DNA of 64,000 nucleotides from an uncultured Gammaproteobacteria bacterium (GTDB lineage Bacteria; Pseudomonadota; Gammaproteobacteria; CAYGNG01): NCBI GenBank assembly GCA_964351225.1, contig CAYGNG010000005.1, positions 12,976 to 76,975 of the forward strand, read 5' to 3'. Shown piece by piece: positions 63,518 to 64,000 of this stretch (position 1 is its first letter; each line of letters starts with the position of its first letter). The notes under the pieces were generated by a model. It saw only the letters and a program-made list of their open reading frames with translations, ran no database searches and was not told where the DNA came from. The position numbers and the translations under genes were made by a program.

Positions 63518-64000
63518 ACCGTCGTCACCCTTTTATATATTGCGGCCATCGGTGCCGGCGCTTTGCTTCCGCTTGCTTTTGCGCCATTTAACTGGGTCGC
63601 CATTTCATGGCTCTCGCCGTTGTTATTGTTAGGTATTTGGGAGCACACCACGAGTTATCGCCAAGCGGCTATAACCGGCTGGCTCTATGGCGTAGGGCTT
63701 TTTACCGTGGGTGCTTCTTGGGTGTACCTGAGTATTCATGACTACGGCAACACCAATGCCGCTTTAGCCCTTATCATCACCATCGGTTTCATTGCGCTCA
63801 TCAGTTTAACAACCTTAGCACACGGCTTGTTGTATCATGCCTGCCGCACGCAGCAATCAGGGCTCAATACCACCATCATCTATCCTGGCAGTTGGATCAT
63901 TCAAGAATGGCTGCGCAGTCACTTCTTAACCGGATTTCCTTGGTTGCTGCTTGGTTACGCTCACGTTCAATCACCCTTCTCGGGCTTACTGCCGGTGCTG
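63518..64000 (+). CDS. lnt: Apolipoprotein N-acyltransferase Lnt, N-terminal part (continues past window end); start codon unclear
   Basis: Frame encodes …AAIGAGALLPLAFAPFNWVAISWLSPLLLLGIW…GWLYGVGLFTVGASWVYLSIHDYG…FPWLLLGYA, colinear with E. coli Lnt N-terminal TM region; in-frame stop at 63515 leaves no ATG/GTG/TTG start. Confidence 0.65.

Overview
This 64 kb window looks like chromosomal DNA from a moderately AT-rich gammaproteobacterium; GC content was estimated by eye, not computed. Most of it is conserved housekeeping operons in recognisable orders.

- 1-13.1 kb, minus strand: a division and cell-wall (dcw) cluster, ftsA'-ftsQ-murB-murC-murG-ftsW-murD-mraY-murE-ftsI-ftsL-rsmH-mraZ. It has the mraZ promoter and MraZ operator repeats, but it lacks murF and ddl.
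- 13.9-14.2 kb: an RNase P RNA gene (rnpB), followed by an FNR-type reductase and a DAK2-DegV fusion protein.
- 20.4-35.1 kb: mutH, then murA-ibaG-mlaBCDEF, divergent from kdsD-kdsC-lptC/A-lptB-(SDR gene)-rpoN-hpf-ptsN-hprK-rapZ-EIIA(Man)-NPr.
- 35.1-40.5 kb: a secreted hypothetical protein, glutathionylspermidine synthetase/amidase (gss), pmbA, and a spmA/spmB-like pair.
- 40.6-52.8 kb: tldD, a C-N hydrolase, a yhdP-like giant envelope protein, mreDCB, divergent from gatCAB. This order is Pseudomonas-like but lacks maf and rng.
- 59.7-64 kb: miaB-ybeZ-ybeY-corC-lnt'.

The most unusual signal is a family of about 51 bp palindromic MITE/REP-like elements, consensus TAGGGCCTGTTGACAATTGCTTTTTCGGCTGCAAATGTCAACAGGCCCTAA, with 6 full copies and 1 half copy.
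- Four copies sit so that their terminal TAG/TAA is the stop codon of the flanking gene.
- One copy is inserted in-frame inside the yhdP-like gene and is translated as 17 extra residues. This resembles Rickettsia RPEs and Coxiella QMITEs.

Two accessory regions carry four large acidic orphan proteins rich in coiled-coil and tandem repeats. They are 301 and 728 aa at 17.1-20.3 kb, and 1205 and 1002 aa at 52.8-59.6 kb. They have no recognisable domains and no signal peptides, with E-rich C-termini in the 1205 aa and 301 aa proteins, so they are candidate secreted or translocated effectors.

The orphan proteins and intragenic MITEs suggest a host-associated, Legionellales-like organism. That taxonomic placement is inference only.
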